This document shows positions 21,890 to 30,905 of a stretch of DNA of 64,000 nucleotides, in pieces. The position numbers and the translations under genes are program-made. Source of the DNA: Eggerthellaceae bacterium (lineage in GTDB: Bacteria; Bacillota; Clostridia; Oscillospirales; Acutalibacteraceae). The stretch is from positions 1,645-65,644 of the forward strand of contig CAVELL010000033.1 of NCBI GenBank assembly GCA_963616775.1. Reading direction: 5' to 3'. The notes under the pieces were generated by a model. That model had not been told where the DNA came from and did no database searches. It worked only from the letters and a program-made list of their open reading frames with translations. How positions within the stretch are numbered: position 1 is the stretch's first letter; each line of letters opens with the position of its first letter.

Positions 21890-22222
21890 ATGAACGATAA
21901 AATTATTGAAGCCGTAAAGGCACTCATTGCCGCGCCGTCATGCTGTCCCGAAGCAAAAGCAGCAGCAGAAAGCTGGCTGAATACCGTCGGAACGGAAAAA
22001 GAAGAGGAAGAAACCGCAAAGCTTGTTGCCGAACTCAAAGAAGACATTGAGCCGATCGACGATCTCATCGCTTTCGCCGCATCGCCCAAGTGCGCCGAAT
22101 TTTTCGGAGACAAGGCAGCAGGATTCCTTGCACGCGCTCGGGAGCTCAAGGCTTCGGGAGCAGAATACTGCGACTGCCCTGCCTGCGCCGCCTGTGCGAA
22201 AATTCTCAATTTGCTTAAATAA
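21890..22222 (+). CDS. Cys-rich 110-aa protein, unknown function
   Basis: Strong AAGGAGG RBS. Cysteine motifs are CCPEAK near the N-terminus and CDCPACAACAK near the C-terminus. Confidence 0.5.
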   Translation: MNDKIIEAVKALIAAPSCCPEAKAAAESWLNTVGTEKEEEETAKLVAELKEDIEPIDDLIAFAASPKCAEFFGDKAAGFLARARELKASGAEYCDCPACAACAKILNLLK

Positions 22223-22242
22223 ACAAAGCTAAAAAAGAAAGA

Positions 22243-22285
22243 CTGTAATTCACATCGCAACCGTTTTCGTTGTGAGGAATTACAG
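22243..22285. terminator. hairpin between convergent genes (probable bidirectional terminator)
   Basis: CTGTAATTC...GAATTACAG with an internal extension. Confidence 0.45.
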
Positions 22286-22292
22286 CCTTCTG

Positions 22293-22982
22293 TTATTTTT
22301 TCAAAAAATCTATGCCGAACACCCTGTGTATCGGCTTTGTAATTTTTGATTTCAGCCTTTGAGATGCGGACATCCAGCTTCCCGAATACCAATGAATCGA
22401 AATCGTATTCTTTGTCTTGTTCATCACGCCCGTATTGCTTCCGTAAGGATTCATGTAATCGCTCGGCAAAATAAGGGCACCGGCAACCGTCTGCATGGTT
22501 CCGTCAAGCTTCAGCCCGTTCTTCAAAAGAGCGTCCGTGTTAAGACGCGGACAGGTGACTACTCCGCTTTTTCCGTCAAGATACGGTTCATATTCCTTTA
22601 TCATCGCTTTTAGTGCCTCACCATGGGCGACCGAGCCAAACCCTAATCCCGTTGCAACATAGTCGGGATTTTCAAGCCCGAAGAACGCCTCGTTTTCAAG
22701 CAGAAAATCAATATTCTTTAACAGCTCGACATCGGTGTCAAAATATATTCCGCCGTTCTCTTCGACAATCACAAGCCTTGCGTAATCGCTGAGGAAAGCA
22801 TACTTTCTGCCCTCGGCGCACATCTTTGTATAGCCCGTTGAGCTGACGTCAAAATTGCTTTCGTTCCATTCAATAATTTCGTAGTCGGGACAGTATTTTT
22901 TCCAGCTTGCAATGCATTTTTTTACGGCTTTCGGTTTCTCTCCGTTGCCGAACCAGCAGTAATGGATTTTTTTCGGAATCAT
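22293..22982 (-). CDS. glycosyltransferase with DXD sugar-binding region (GT32-like)
   Basis: IPKKIHYCWFG...W..Y.PDYEI..WNE and FLSDYARL, YFDTDVE are typical of the Gly_transf_sug / TcdA-TcdB-like family. RBS GGAGGTGG. Confidence 0.7.
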   Translation of the reverse strand: MIPKKIHYCWFGNGEKPKAVKKCIASWKKYCPDYEIIEWNESNFDVSSTGYTKMCAEGRKYAFLSDYARLVIVEENGGIYFDTDVELLKNIDFLLENEAFFGLENPDYVATGLGFGSVAHGEALKAMIKEYEPYLDGKSGVVTCPRLNTDALLKNGLKLDGTMQTVAGALILPSDYMNPYGSNTGVMNKTKNTISIHWYSGSWMSASQRLKSKITKPIHRVFGIDFLKK

Positions 22983-23032
22983 TCCGCCACCTCCGCAAAA
23001 AATTTTCGATGCTTACGGATAATTGCAACTGA

Positions 23033-23068
23033 AAAACGCCCTTTGTTGTTGAACAAAAGGCGTTTCTT
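23033..23068 (-). terminator. intrinsic terminator after tRNA-Val
   Basis: On the minus strand: AACGCCTTTTGTT-caac-AACAAAGGGCGTT followed by TTTCAG. Confidence 0.5.
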
Positions 23069-23071
23069 TTC

Positions 23072-23148
23072 TGGTGAGGATGAATGGATTTGAACCATCG
23101 ACCCCTTGCATGTCAAGCAAGTACTCTAACCAACTGAGCTACACCCTC
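23072..23148 (-). tRNA. tRNA-Val (anticodon GAC)
   Basis: The reverse complement folds as acceptor GAGGGTG/CATCCTC, D arm GCTC-AGTTGGTTA-GAGT, anticodon arm CTTGC-TTGACAT-GCAAG, T arm GATGG-TTCAAAT-CCATT, plus CCA. Confidence 0.93.
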
Positions 23149-23159
23149 AAAGCACGACT

Positions 23160-23188
23160 ATTTTATCATACTTTTCGGTCTTTGTAAA
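23160..23188 (-). promoter_or_regulatory. candidate tRNA-Val promoter
   Basis: On the minus strand: TTTACA (23188-23183), 17-nt spacer, TAAAAT (23165-23160). It sits about 12 nt upstream of the tRNA 5' end. Confidence 0.45.
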
Positions 23189-23219
23189 GAGTTTTTAACG
23201 TATTTTTTGAGTCAGATTT

Positions 23220-24314
23220 TTAAACATTGAAAAGGAAGTGAACAACGTCTCCGTCCTTCATAACATATTCCTTGCCCTCCGAGCGAATAAGACCTTTTTC
23301 TCTCGCCGCTGCAAGAGAGCCGCATTCCATCAGGTTCTCGAAGCTGATGACCTCGGCGCGGATAAATCCCTTTTCAAAATCGGAGTGAATTTTTCCTGCC
23401 GCCTGCGGAGCCTTCGTGCCCTTTTTAATTGTCCAGGCTCTTACCTCCGGCTGTCCTGCCGTCAGATAGGAAATCAGTCCGAGCAAGTCGTAGCTTCTCT
23501 GAATAAGAAGATCCAGTCCGCCCTTTTCGATTCCGAGATCGGCAAGGAACATTTCCTTTTCTTCTTTATCAAGGCTTGCGATTTCTGCCTCCATTTCGGC
23601 GCAGATCGGGAGAACCTGCGAGCCCTCTTCCTCGGCAATCCTGCAGACAGCCTTGTATCTTTCGTTGTCCTCAATATTGTTTGCAAAATCGTCCTCACTC
23701 ATGTTGCAGGCATAAATTACGGGCTTTGACGTGAGCAGTGCCATGTCGCCGAGAACGGCTTTTTCATCGTCGTCGCAGTCATAGCTTCTTGCACATTTGC
23801 CGTTTTCAAGATGAGCTTTGAGACTCTTGAGGAACTCAACCTCTTTTGCAAGACTCTTGTCGCCTTTCATCGCCTTTACTGTTCTGTCAAGGCGGCGATC
23901 AACCATTTCTATATCGGAAAAAATAAGCTCAAAGTTTATTGTTTCAATGTCGCGTGCAGGGTCAACGCTTCCGTCAACGTGAATGATATCGTCATTTTCA
24001 AAGCAGCGTACAACGTGAATTATCGCATCCGTTTCGCGAATGTGCGAAAGGAACTTGTTTCCCAAGCCCTCGCCCTTTGAAGCACCCTTTACCAGTCCCG
24101 CAATATCAACGAACTCGATAACGGCAGGGGTGATTTTAACGGGGTGATACATTTCCGACAGCGCATCAATTCTGCTGTCCGGAACGGCAACGACACCTAC
24201 ATTCGGTTCGATCGTGCAGAACGGATAGTTTGCCGACTGCGCTCCGGCATTCGTAATCGCATTAAAAAGTGTGCTCTTGCCGACATTCGGCAGGCCTACT
24301 ATACCCAACTTCAT
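23220..24314 (-). CDS. ychF: redox-regulated ATPase YchF (Obg-like GTPase family)
   Basis: [19 protein letters not shown], a C-terminal TGS-like domain, 364 aa. Confidence 0.95.
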   Translation of the reverse strand: MKLGIVGLPNVGKSTLFNAITNAGAQSANYPFCTIEPNVGVVAVPDSRIDALSEMYHPVKITPAVIEFVDIAGLVKGASKGEGLGNKFLSHIRETDAIIHVVRCFENDDIIHVDGSVDPARDIETINFELIFSDIEMVDRRLDRTVKAMKGDKSLAKEVEFLKSLKAHLENGKCARSYDCDDDEKAVLGDMALLTSKPVIYACNMSEDDFANNIEDNERYKAVCRIAEEEGSQVLPICAEMEAEIASLDKEEKEMFLADLGIEKGGLDLLIQRSYDLLGLISYLTAGQPEVRAWTIKKGTKAPQAAGKIHSDFEKGFIRAEVISFENLMECGSLAAAREKGLIRSEGKEYVMKDGDVVHFLFNV

Positions 24315-24482
24315 AAAAAACTTCCTTTACCTCTTATTACAATAAAATATTATAATGTAATTCTTCTGAAATTTCAACCTGTTTGTAAGTTATTTCCGCC
24401 GTCGGAAATAAATATTGTATTGTATCGGCAAATGTGATATTATAGAAACTGAAAATATCGGTTTTTATCGGGAGGCTGTGAA

Positions 24483-26153
24483 ATGTACAAATTTGAACCT
24501 TTTATCAGATACGAATACAACGGTCGCGTTTTTGAAAACAGTAAAACCGAATGCGAACGCTACAAGCTTGAGCTGACCGTAAGCGACAGCGGCATATTCT
24601 GTCGTCTCGTTCCCCTTGTGAAAATGAAGCTCCTTGAGTTCAGGCTTACGGCAATCAAGAAGTTCTCTCACGGCGAGCTTTTCTTCGCCAACGGGTACCA
24701 GTCCTGGACGACATCAAGGGAGCTCGGCTCCGGCGACACGCTCGGCGGAATTTCAAAGCTTGCCGGCGTCACCGATATGACAAGGAGCCTTGCCGAAACT
24801 CCGGGCGATTATACCTTTGCGTCCTACGGCAAAAAGGGAGTGTTCCACTCCTATACATATACCTATTTCCGCACGGGAGAGCAGGTCGAGCTTTTCGGTT
24901 CAAGGAACGAGAAATACGGCTACACGATTTTTTCCGTCAATTATGCGGTCAACAGATTTGAAATTATCAAGGACGTTGAGGGCATTGAAGCCGAGGACAG
25001 CATCGTCCTGCTTGATATTGTCAGCTTCAAGGGAGGCTACGATGAGGTTTTCGACTCCTATTTCGGTTCGATGAAGCTCCGAAAGCCGAAAACCGCTCAC
25101 CTTTCGGGCTACACCTCATGGTACAATTATTTTCAGAAGATTAACGAAAAAATTATTCTCCGCGACCTTGACGGTCTTGACCGCGCCAAGGACAGCGTTT
25201 CTGTTTTCCAGATCGACGACGGATATGAAAGCCATGTCGGCGACTGGCTCATTCCCGACTACAAAAAATTCCCCGACGGAATGAAAAAAATTGCCGATGC
25301 GATTCATTCAAAGGGCTACCTTGCGGGAATATGGATTGCGCCGTTTTCGGCTCAGAAATCCTCCATAATTGCAAAGGAGCACCCTGAATGGCTTATAAAG
25401 GACAACACCACAGGCAAGCCTCTCCTCGGCTGTGTCGGATGGGGCGGAGCATATACGCTCGATATATACAATGATGAAGCAAGGGAGTATATCCGTAATT
25501 TCTTTGATGTTATACTCAACGACTGGGACTTCGATATGGTCAAGCTTGACTTCCTTTATTCCGAGGCAATGCAGCCGCGCAACGGAAAGTCCAGGGGTCA
25601 GATAATGTGCGAAGCAATGGAGTTTCTGCGCGAGTGCGTCGGCGAAGAAAAGCTGATACTCGGCTGCGGAGTTCCGCTCGGTCCGTCATTCGGTGTTGTT
25701 GACGCCTGCCGAATAAGCTGCGACGTCGATTTAAAATACTCGCCGAAATACTACAACAAAATCGGCATAAACCTTGAGCTTCCGTCGGCGCAGAATGCGA
25801 TAACCAGCTCAATTTTCCGCCGCCATTTAAACGGCAGAGCTTTCTGCAGCGATCCCGACGTTTTCTTCCTGCGCAAAAGCAATCTCAGCTTCACGCGCGA
25901 ACAGAAGCTTCTGCTCGGCAAGATAAACAACCTTTGCGGCGACGTTCTGTTTGTCTCCGACAACGCGGGCGATTACAGCTCCGATGACATTGAGCTTTTA
26001 AAGAAGTTCTTTAACAAAACAGACAGTCACATCACCTCCGCCGAGTTTGTGTCCGAAGATGAAATCAGTATTCACTACACCGAAAACGGCAAGAAGCTGA
26101 CTCTTGATTTCAACCTCAGGACCGGAAAAAGCAACGTCGAAAAGCTGATATAA
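24483..26153 (+). CDS. alpha-galactosidase, GH36 (short TmGalA-like subgroup)
   Basis: RBS GGGAGG. GYTSWYNYF, FQIDDGYE..GDW, GIWIAPF and VKLDFLY resemble, from memory, the Thermotoga GalA-type GH36 enzymes of about 550 aa. Confidence 0.78.
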   Translation: MYKFEPFIRYEYNGRVFENSKTECERYKLELTVSDSGIFCRLVPLVKMKLLEFRLTAIKKFSHGELFFANGYQSWTTSRELGSGDTLGGISKLAGVTDMTRSLAETPGDYTFASYGKKGVFHSYTYTYFRTGEQVELFGSRNEKYGYTIFSVNYAVNRFEIIKDVEGIEAEDSIVLLDIVSFKGGYDEVFDSYFGSMKLRKPKTAHLSGYTSWYNYFQKINEKIILRDLDGLDRAKDSVSVFQIDDGYESHVGDWLIPDYKKFPDGMKKIADAIHSKGYLAGIWIAPFSAQKSSIIAKEHPEWLIKDNTTGKPLLGCVGWGGAYTLDIYNDEAREYIRNFFDVILNDWDFDMVKLDFLYSEAMQPRNGKSRGQIMCEAMEFLRECVGEEKLILGCGVPLGPSFGVVDACRISCDVDLKYSPKYYNKIGINLELPSAQNAITSSIFRRHLNGRAFCSDPDVFFLRKSNLSFTREQKLLLGKINNLCGDVLFVSDNAGDYSSDDIELLKKFFNKTDSHITSAEFVSEDEISIHYTENGKKLTLDFNLRTGKSNVEKLI

Positions 26154-26175
26154 CCGACTTCAAAAGGAGCATTTT

Positions 26176-26676
26176 ATGAAAAGAATTGCAAAATTTCACA
26201 AGGTAAGCTATGAGCAGTTTTCGGAAGGCTGCCGCGAAAATTTCAGCGAAGATGAAATCAAAGAGATGTATGACGGAATAAGGCTGCCCGTCCGCGCAAC
26301 TTCGGGCTCGGCGGGCTACGACATATTCGCACCGTTCGACTTCACTCTCGCCCCGTCGCAGACGATAAAAATCCCGACGGGAATACGCTGTGAAATCGAC
26401 GATGGCTGGGTGCTGAAAATCTATCCGAGAAGCGGTCTCGGCTTCAAGTTCCGACTTCAGCTCAACAACACGGTCGGCATAATCGACAGCGACTACTTTT
26501 ACTCCGACAACGAGGGTCATATATTCATAAAAATAACAAATGACTCCAACGAGAATAAAACCGTTGAAGTCAAAAAAGGTACGGGCTTTGCCCAAGGTAT
26601 TTTTGTTGAATACGGAATCACCGTTGACGACGACACAACCGGAGTACGCAACGGCGGATTCGGAAGCACGACGTAA
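26176..26676 (+). CDS. dut: dUTP diphosphatase-like protein (dUTPase/dCTP deaminase superfamily)
   Basis: RBS AAAGGAG. SGSAGYD, RSG... and G.ID.DY motifs, C-terminal RNGGFGST. Confidence 0.78.
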   Translation: MKRIAKFHKVSYEQFSEGCRENFSEDEIKEMYDGIRLPVRATSGSAGYDIFAPFDFTLAPSQTIKIPTGIRCEIDDGWVLKIYPRSGLGFKFRLQLNNTVGIIDSDYFYSDNEGHIFIKITNDSNENKTVEVKKGTGFAQGIFVEYGITVDDDTTGVRNGGFGSTT

Positions 26677-27189
26677 TCAGGCATCCTCCCAGTTGAACCG
26701 TGTCAGCTTTCCGGAGCAGAGCAGCTTGGGGTAGTCCCATTGTCTGAGAACCTCGTAAACGGCAATCGCCACGGAATTTGAAAGATTCAGGCTTCGCGCA
26801 GAGGAATCGTTTATCATCGGAATCCTCACGCATTTTTCGGGATTCTTGAACAAAAGCTCCTCGGGCAGACCCTTTGTCTCCTTGCCGAAGAAGAGGAAAA
26901 CATTGTCGCCGTACTCCGCATCGGTGTAGCGGTGCTGAGCCTTTGTCGTAAAGAATCTATACTGTCCGTTCGGATTCTTTTCAAAGAAATCTTCGAGATT
27001 TTTATAATACGTTATATCGAGCAGGTGCCAGTAATCAAGCCCTGCTCGTTTTAATTTTCTGTCGTCAATTTTAAAACCCATCGGTTCGATTATGTGAAGC
27101 CGAGTGCCCGTCGCCGCGCAGGTACGGGCAATATTGCCTGTGTTCTGCGGGATTTCCGGCTCAACAAGAACAATATTCAAAGCTGCCAT
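26677..27189 (-). CDS. trmL: tRNA (cytidine/uridine-34 2'-O)-methyltransferase TrmL (SpoU/TrmH class)
   Basis: LNIVLVEPEIPQNTGNIARTCAATG..LHII and SLNLSNSVAIAVYE. The stop codon abuts the dut stop with zero spacer (convergent genes). Confidence 0.85.
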   Translation of the reverse strand: MAALNIVLVEPEIPQNTGNIARTCAATGTRLHIIEPMGFKIDDRKLKRAGLDYWHLLDITYYKNLEDFFEKNPNGQYRFFTTKAQHRYTDAEYGDNVFLFFGKETKGLPEELLFKNPEKCVRIPMINDSSARSLNLSNSVAIAVYEVLRQWDYPKLLCSGKLTRFNWEDA

Positions 27190-27202
27190 CTCAAGTCTCC
27201 TG

Positions 27203-28045
27203 TCATTCTACTGCCTTTATAAGATTTTTTATCTGCGGCTCAAAGCAAAGACCGTATTTTCTTTCCGTCTGCGCCTCAAGCGTTGCCTCGACACACTTGC
27301 AGGTGAAGCCCATCGCTATCTGAACCGCGTCGGCAAAGGCTTTGCCGCTGAGCACCGCCGCCGTCAATGCCGAGGCGAACACATCGCCCGTTCCGGGAAA
27401 ACGCCCCTCGGTTTTCGGCGTAAAAAACATATTCGCGCGTCCCATCAGGCTGTCGTATACGGCGCATCCGATTTGACCGTCGCCGAAATCAACACCGGTG
27501 ATAACGATTCTGCCCGTACCGAAATTACGCAGGTCAACCAAAAGCCTTTTCACAAAATCCATATCGTAAGCACCGTCGGGCATATCCTCGCCGGCAAGCA
27601 TACATGCCTCGGTAACGTTGGGAACAATAATGTCGGCAAACGAACAAAGAAAACGCATTTCCTCAATGAACGAGCCGTCGATTCCGCTGTAAAACTTGCC
27701 GTCGTCGCCCATTACGGGATCAACAATGCAGAGGGTGTCGCTTTTTTTGAAATCAAGAAGAAAACGTCTGACCTTTTCCGCCTGAGCAAGGCTTGCAAGA
27801 TATCCGCTGTAAATGCAGTCAAAGCGAAGTCCGAGATTTTTCCAATGTCCTGCGATGTCGTCCATCCTGTCGGTAAGATCCTCACGAACAAACCCCTCAA
27901 ACTCCGTGTGAGCTGAAAAAATACCCGTCGGGAACGGCACCGATTCTATGCCGCAGGCAGAAATTATCGGCATTGCCGCTGTTATTGAGCACCTGCCGAC
28001 GCAGGAAATATCATTTATCAAAACAACCTTCTTTTGTTTTTTCAA
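27203..28045 (-). CDS. pdxK: pyridoxal/pyridoxamine kinase
   Basis: KKVVLINDISCVGRCSITAAMPIISACG and GTGDVFASAL (ribokinase-fold anion hole). The likely start is TTG 28045, 8 nt after GGGAG. The track ORF begins 6 codons earlier. Confidence 0.82.
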   Translation of the reverse strand: MKKQKKVVLINDISCVGRCSITAAMPIISACGIESVPFPTGIFSAHTEFEGFVREDLTDRMDDIAGHWKNLGLRFDCIYSGYLASLAQAEKVRRFLLDFKKSDTLCIVDPVMGDDGKFYSGIDGSFIEEMRFLCSFADIIVPNVTEACMLAGEDMPDGAYDMDFVKRLLVDLRNFGTGRIVITGVDFGDGQIGCAVYDSLMGRANMFFTPKTEGRFPGTGDVFASALTAAVLSGKAFADAVQIAMGFTCKCVEATLEAQTERKYGLCFEPQIKNLIKAVE

Positions 28046-28152
28046 AAAAATCAGCTCCCACAAAATCTTAGTGACTGTCGGATAAATTATAACACATCAA
28101 ATCGGAATAATCAATTCGGACGCGGATAAAATATTAAAGCAACGCATTACTT

Positions 28153-28320
28153 TAGGCAACACCGCACAAATCGAGGTACATGCCTTGCTTGAATCTATTT
28201 CCGCCATGTTGCACAAAAATTTTTTGACTTGCGTCAGCAAGCCGGCAAGATTTTTGTACACCCTGACGAAAAATCTTACTGCGCAATTCGCGCACCCCAA
28301 TTTGTGCGGTGTTGCCTTTA
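28153..28320. repeat. inverted pair of the repeat family flanking about 118 bp (copies C' and C), MITE-like geometry
   Basis: TAGGCAACACCGCACAAATCGAGG (28153-28176) and CCCCAATTTGTGCGGTGTTGCCTTTA (28295-28320) are reverse complements over about 18 nt. Confidence 0.55.
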
Positions 28321-28343
28321 TAAATTATCACGGAGGTTTGATT

Positions 28344-28514
28344 ATGAAAAGTACAGGCTCTTCTGTTGCAAAGGGCATCGGCGTCGGTATGCTTGTCGGC
28401 GGCGCAATGACTCTTATCGGCAGCACAATGATGAACAGCAAGAAAGCAAACTACAAAAAAATGGCTAAGAAAGCCATCAAATCGGCAGAATCCTTTATGG
28501 ATTCAATGATGTAA
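28344..28514 (+). CDS. small (56 aa) membrane protein
   Basis: ATG at 28344 preceded by GGAGG (28332-28336). It has one Gly-rich hydrophobic helix and a Lys-rich tail. The upstream part of track ORF 28185..28514 lacks RBS support. Confidence 0.5.
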   Translation: MKSTGSSVAKGIGVGMLVGGAMTLIGSTMMNSKKANYKKMAKKAIKSAESFMDSMM

Positions 28515-28559
28515 CACCAAAATCGGCACTGCGAACAAACTTGCGGTGCCGATTTTACC

Positions 28560-29252
28560 TCAAAATTTCTTTATAAGCTTGGGACAAAAATCGAGATAGT
28601 CCGCAGAAATCAAGTCAAACTTTATGCCGTCCTTTTCGCCGCGGAACGCCCAGTTCACGGACTGACCGTGCAGATGTCCGTAATAGCAGGTTTTTATTCC
28701 CTGCTCAACCAAGGTGTCATATATCTCACGGCACGTTTCGGTCAGGCTCACGGGCGGATAATGAAGAAACGCGATTGTTTCCCCCTCAAGCTTTTTTGCC
28801 TCGTCAATGCTCGTTCTCAGCCTGCCGACCTCGCGCGCAAGAACCTTTTGATCCTCGTCCTTCGAGCAGTCAAAGAACCAGCCTCTTGTTCCGCAGACGG
28901 CAAAATCGCCGACCTTGTATGCATTGTTAAAAAGAATATCAATGCTGTTTATTCCGTTCTCGCTCAGGAATCTGTCGGTTTTGCTTTTGGTTGACCACCA
29001 ATAATCGTGGTTACCCTTCATCACAATCTTTCTTCCGTTCAGCCTGTCAATGAAGCGGAAATCCTCCAGCGTGTCCTCAAGCTTCATTCCCCACGAAATA
29101 TCGCCGGCAATGACAACCGTATCGCTTTCGCCGACAACGGCATTCCAGTTTTTTTGCAGTCTTTCTTCATAATTCTGCCAGCCGCTGAAAACGTCCATCG
29201 GCTTGTTTGTTCCGAAAGAAAGATGTGTGTCGGCTATTGCAAACAGGGACAT
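28560..29252 (-). CDS. cytoplasmic metallophosphoesterase
   Basis: ATG at 29252 with an AAGGAGGTGG RBS. Motifs: MSLFAIADTHL, GDISW, GNHDYWW, LHYPP, GHLHG. Confidence 0.82.
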   Translation of the reverse strand: MSLFAIADTHLSFGTNKPMDVFSGWQNYEERLQKNWNAVVGESDTVVIAGDISWGMKLEDTLEDFRFIDRLNGRKIVMKGNHDYWWSTKSKTDRFLSENGINSIDILFNNAYKVGDFAVCGTRGWFFDCSKDEDQKVLAREVGRLRTSIDEAKKLEGETIAFLHYPPVSLTETCREIYDTLVEQGIKTCYYGHLHGQSVNWAFRGEKDGIKFDLISADYLDFCPKLIKKF

Positions 29253-29343
29253 TTCTCCACCTCCTTGAACGAATAAATTAAATCTGAAATCAAATACTAT
29301 AAACGTGATATATATCACAATTTTTGAGAAGGGGTAATTTACG

Positions 29344-29511
29344 ATGAAGCACGAAATCAAAGATATCAAGTGCCACGCCTGTAATTGTATTTACAATGAA
29401 GACGGCTGCAAGTGTGTTGCCGGCGAGATTGAAGTCGGTCCGTCGAGTGCCTGCACCTGTGCGGAAACTATCTGTGCAACCTTTGAACCGTCCGGCGACA
29501 TAAGCAAGTAA
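29344..29511 (+). CDS. DUF1540-like Cys-rich small protein (55 aa), absent from the ORF track
   Basis: My translation is MKHEIKDIKCHACNCIYNEDGCKCVAGEIEVGPSSACTCAETICATFEPSGDISK. AAGGGG lies upstream and a strong terminator follows. The pattern C.A..C.YN..G.C.A..I.V resembles the DUF1540 repeat as I recall it. Confidence 0.6.
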   Translation: MKHEIKDIKCHACNCIYNEDGCKCVAGEIEVGPSSACTCAETICATFEPSGDISK

Positions 29512-29527
29512 AGCTTCTTTAAAAAGG

Positions 29528-29575
29528 AACTGTCACACTAAGGCTGAATTACAGGCTTAATGTGACAGTTTTTTA
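29528..29575. terminator. bidirectional intrinsic terminator
   Basis: AACTGTCACACTAAGGC...GGCTTAATGTGACAGTT (17-nt arms, 2 mismatches), flanked by a T-run on + and an A-run upstream. Confidence 0.7.
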
Positions 29576-29597
29576 CCGTTGCGCTACACCGAATAAA

Positions 29598-30803
29598 TCA
29601 GCCGACATAAACGATATTATGCTCATCCGAACACGGAGCTCCGAGCTTCTGCTTGCCCGCACTGTTGAGTCCGAGCATTCCGCTTGTACCGAAAAATTCG
29701 GTTTCAACAATATTTACCTTATTCAAATCCTTGAGCTGAGTCGCTTTTGTTCCGGTGACATTACCGATACCCTTTACATACATATACGAGCAGTTGCCTC
29801 CGTTTATTACGACAGCGTTTTTTGCGCCGTATTTCAGCAGAATATCTGCCAAACGGTCTGACGGCATAAATTCGCCGACAGCAAGGATATATTTGTTTTC
29901 ACTTACCTGTGCAACCACGGTGCGGCTGTGGTAATATGTTTCATTCTGCGGAATTTTCTTTCCGTTTTCGATCAGAGCATACTGATACCTTACGGTGTTG
30001 TAAACGCCTGCGGAAACAAGCTGGTTTTGATTCTGGACATTCATCGGTCCGAAATCGCACTTTCCGTTTTTGTAAAGGCGCATATAATATGTGCTGTCCT
30101 TTCCGCTCGGCTGATAAACGGTTCCGTTTCTGACAGCCATTGCCTCTGCCGCGCCTGCCGCCTCACCGTTAACTGCGACAATCGCGCCGACCTTTTTCGC
30201 GATGTCCTCCTGCTTGCTTTTATTTGTTCCGAGCACCTGCCGGGTAATGGCATACTTAAAGGTTGTGGGAGCGCAGGTGATTATCGCGATATCGCATATC
30301 GGCTGGTATGTGACGCTCTTTGACGTTACATCCATGGCACCGTCCTGACTCTTCTGGAAATTCTGCGTGATCTTTGAACCGTAAGCAAGCTTGTGGATTT
30401 CAACGCCGGCATTGTTAGAGCTGATTTTCCACGCGCGCTGAATGGTTCCGGTGTAGTATGTAACGGACGACGGAGAAACCTCCTTGACGTTTGCCGGAGT
30501 GAAGCTGATAGGCTTCGTCGTGTAGTCGCCGGGCTTCGCAAGACCGACGCTTATTTTAAGAATTATAAGCGCGTCGGCTGAATTGACCTTGTTGTCGTGG
30601 TTCAAGTCGCCCAGCGTGATATCTTTCGCATTCACGGACAGACCGACCGAATACTTCAGAACAATCAAAGCATCAGTTGAGTTTACTTTACCGTCTCCGT
30701 TTACGTCGCCGATGAGATTTGAAGCGTGGGTAACAAACACATTGCAGAAGACAACGGAAAAGATTACGATAAATGAAACCAAAGCCAGTAAACATTTTTT
30801 CAT
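29598..30803 (-). CDS. dockerin-containing secreted protein with a C-terminal phosphodiester glycosidase-like (DUF2233/NAGPA-like) domain
   Basis: Signal peptide, then dockerin repeats DVNGDGKVNSTDALIVLKY and DLNHDNKVNSADALIILKI. The C-terminal half (VAVNGEAAG..., RTVVAQV..., NAVVINGGNCSYMYV) resembles, from memory, the phosphodiester glycosidase family. Confidence 0.6.
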   Translation of the reverse strand: MKKCLLALVSFIVIFSVVFCNVFVTHASNLIGDVNGDGKVNSTDALIVLKYSVGLSVNAKDITLGDLNHDNKVNSADALIILKISVGLAKPGDYTTKPISFTPANVKEVSPSSVTYYTGTIQRAWKISSNNAGVEIHKLAYGSKITQNFQKSQDGAMDVTSKSVTYQPICDIAIITCAPTTFKYAITRQVLGTNKSKQEDIAKKVGAIVAVNGEAAGAAEAMAVRNGTVYQPSGKDSTYYMRLYKNGKCDFGPMNVQNQNQLVSAGVYNTVRYQYALIENGKKIPQNETYYHSRTVVAQVSENKYILAVGEFMPSDRLADILLKYGAKNAVVINGGNCSYMYVKGIGNVTGTKATQLKDLNKVNIVETEFFGTSGMLGLNSAGKQKLGAPCSDEHNIVYVG

Positions 30804-30905
30804 AAAGACACCCTCTTCAAAATTTTTATTGTAACAGACCGTCAGATCCGTAACAACCCGCTTAAACCGAAGGTCACAAAAATATCCGGAACAGAACTAT
30901 TTAAT

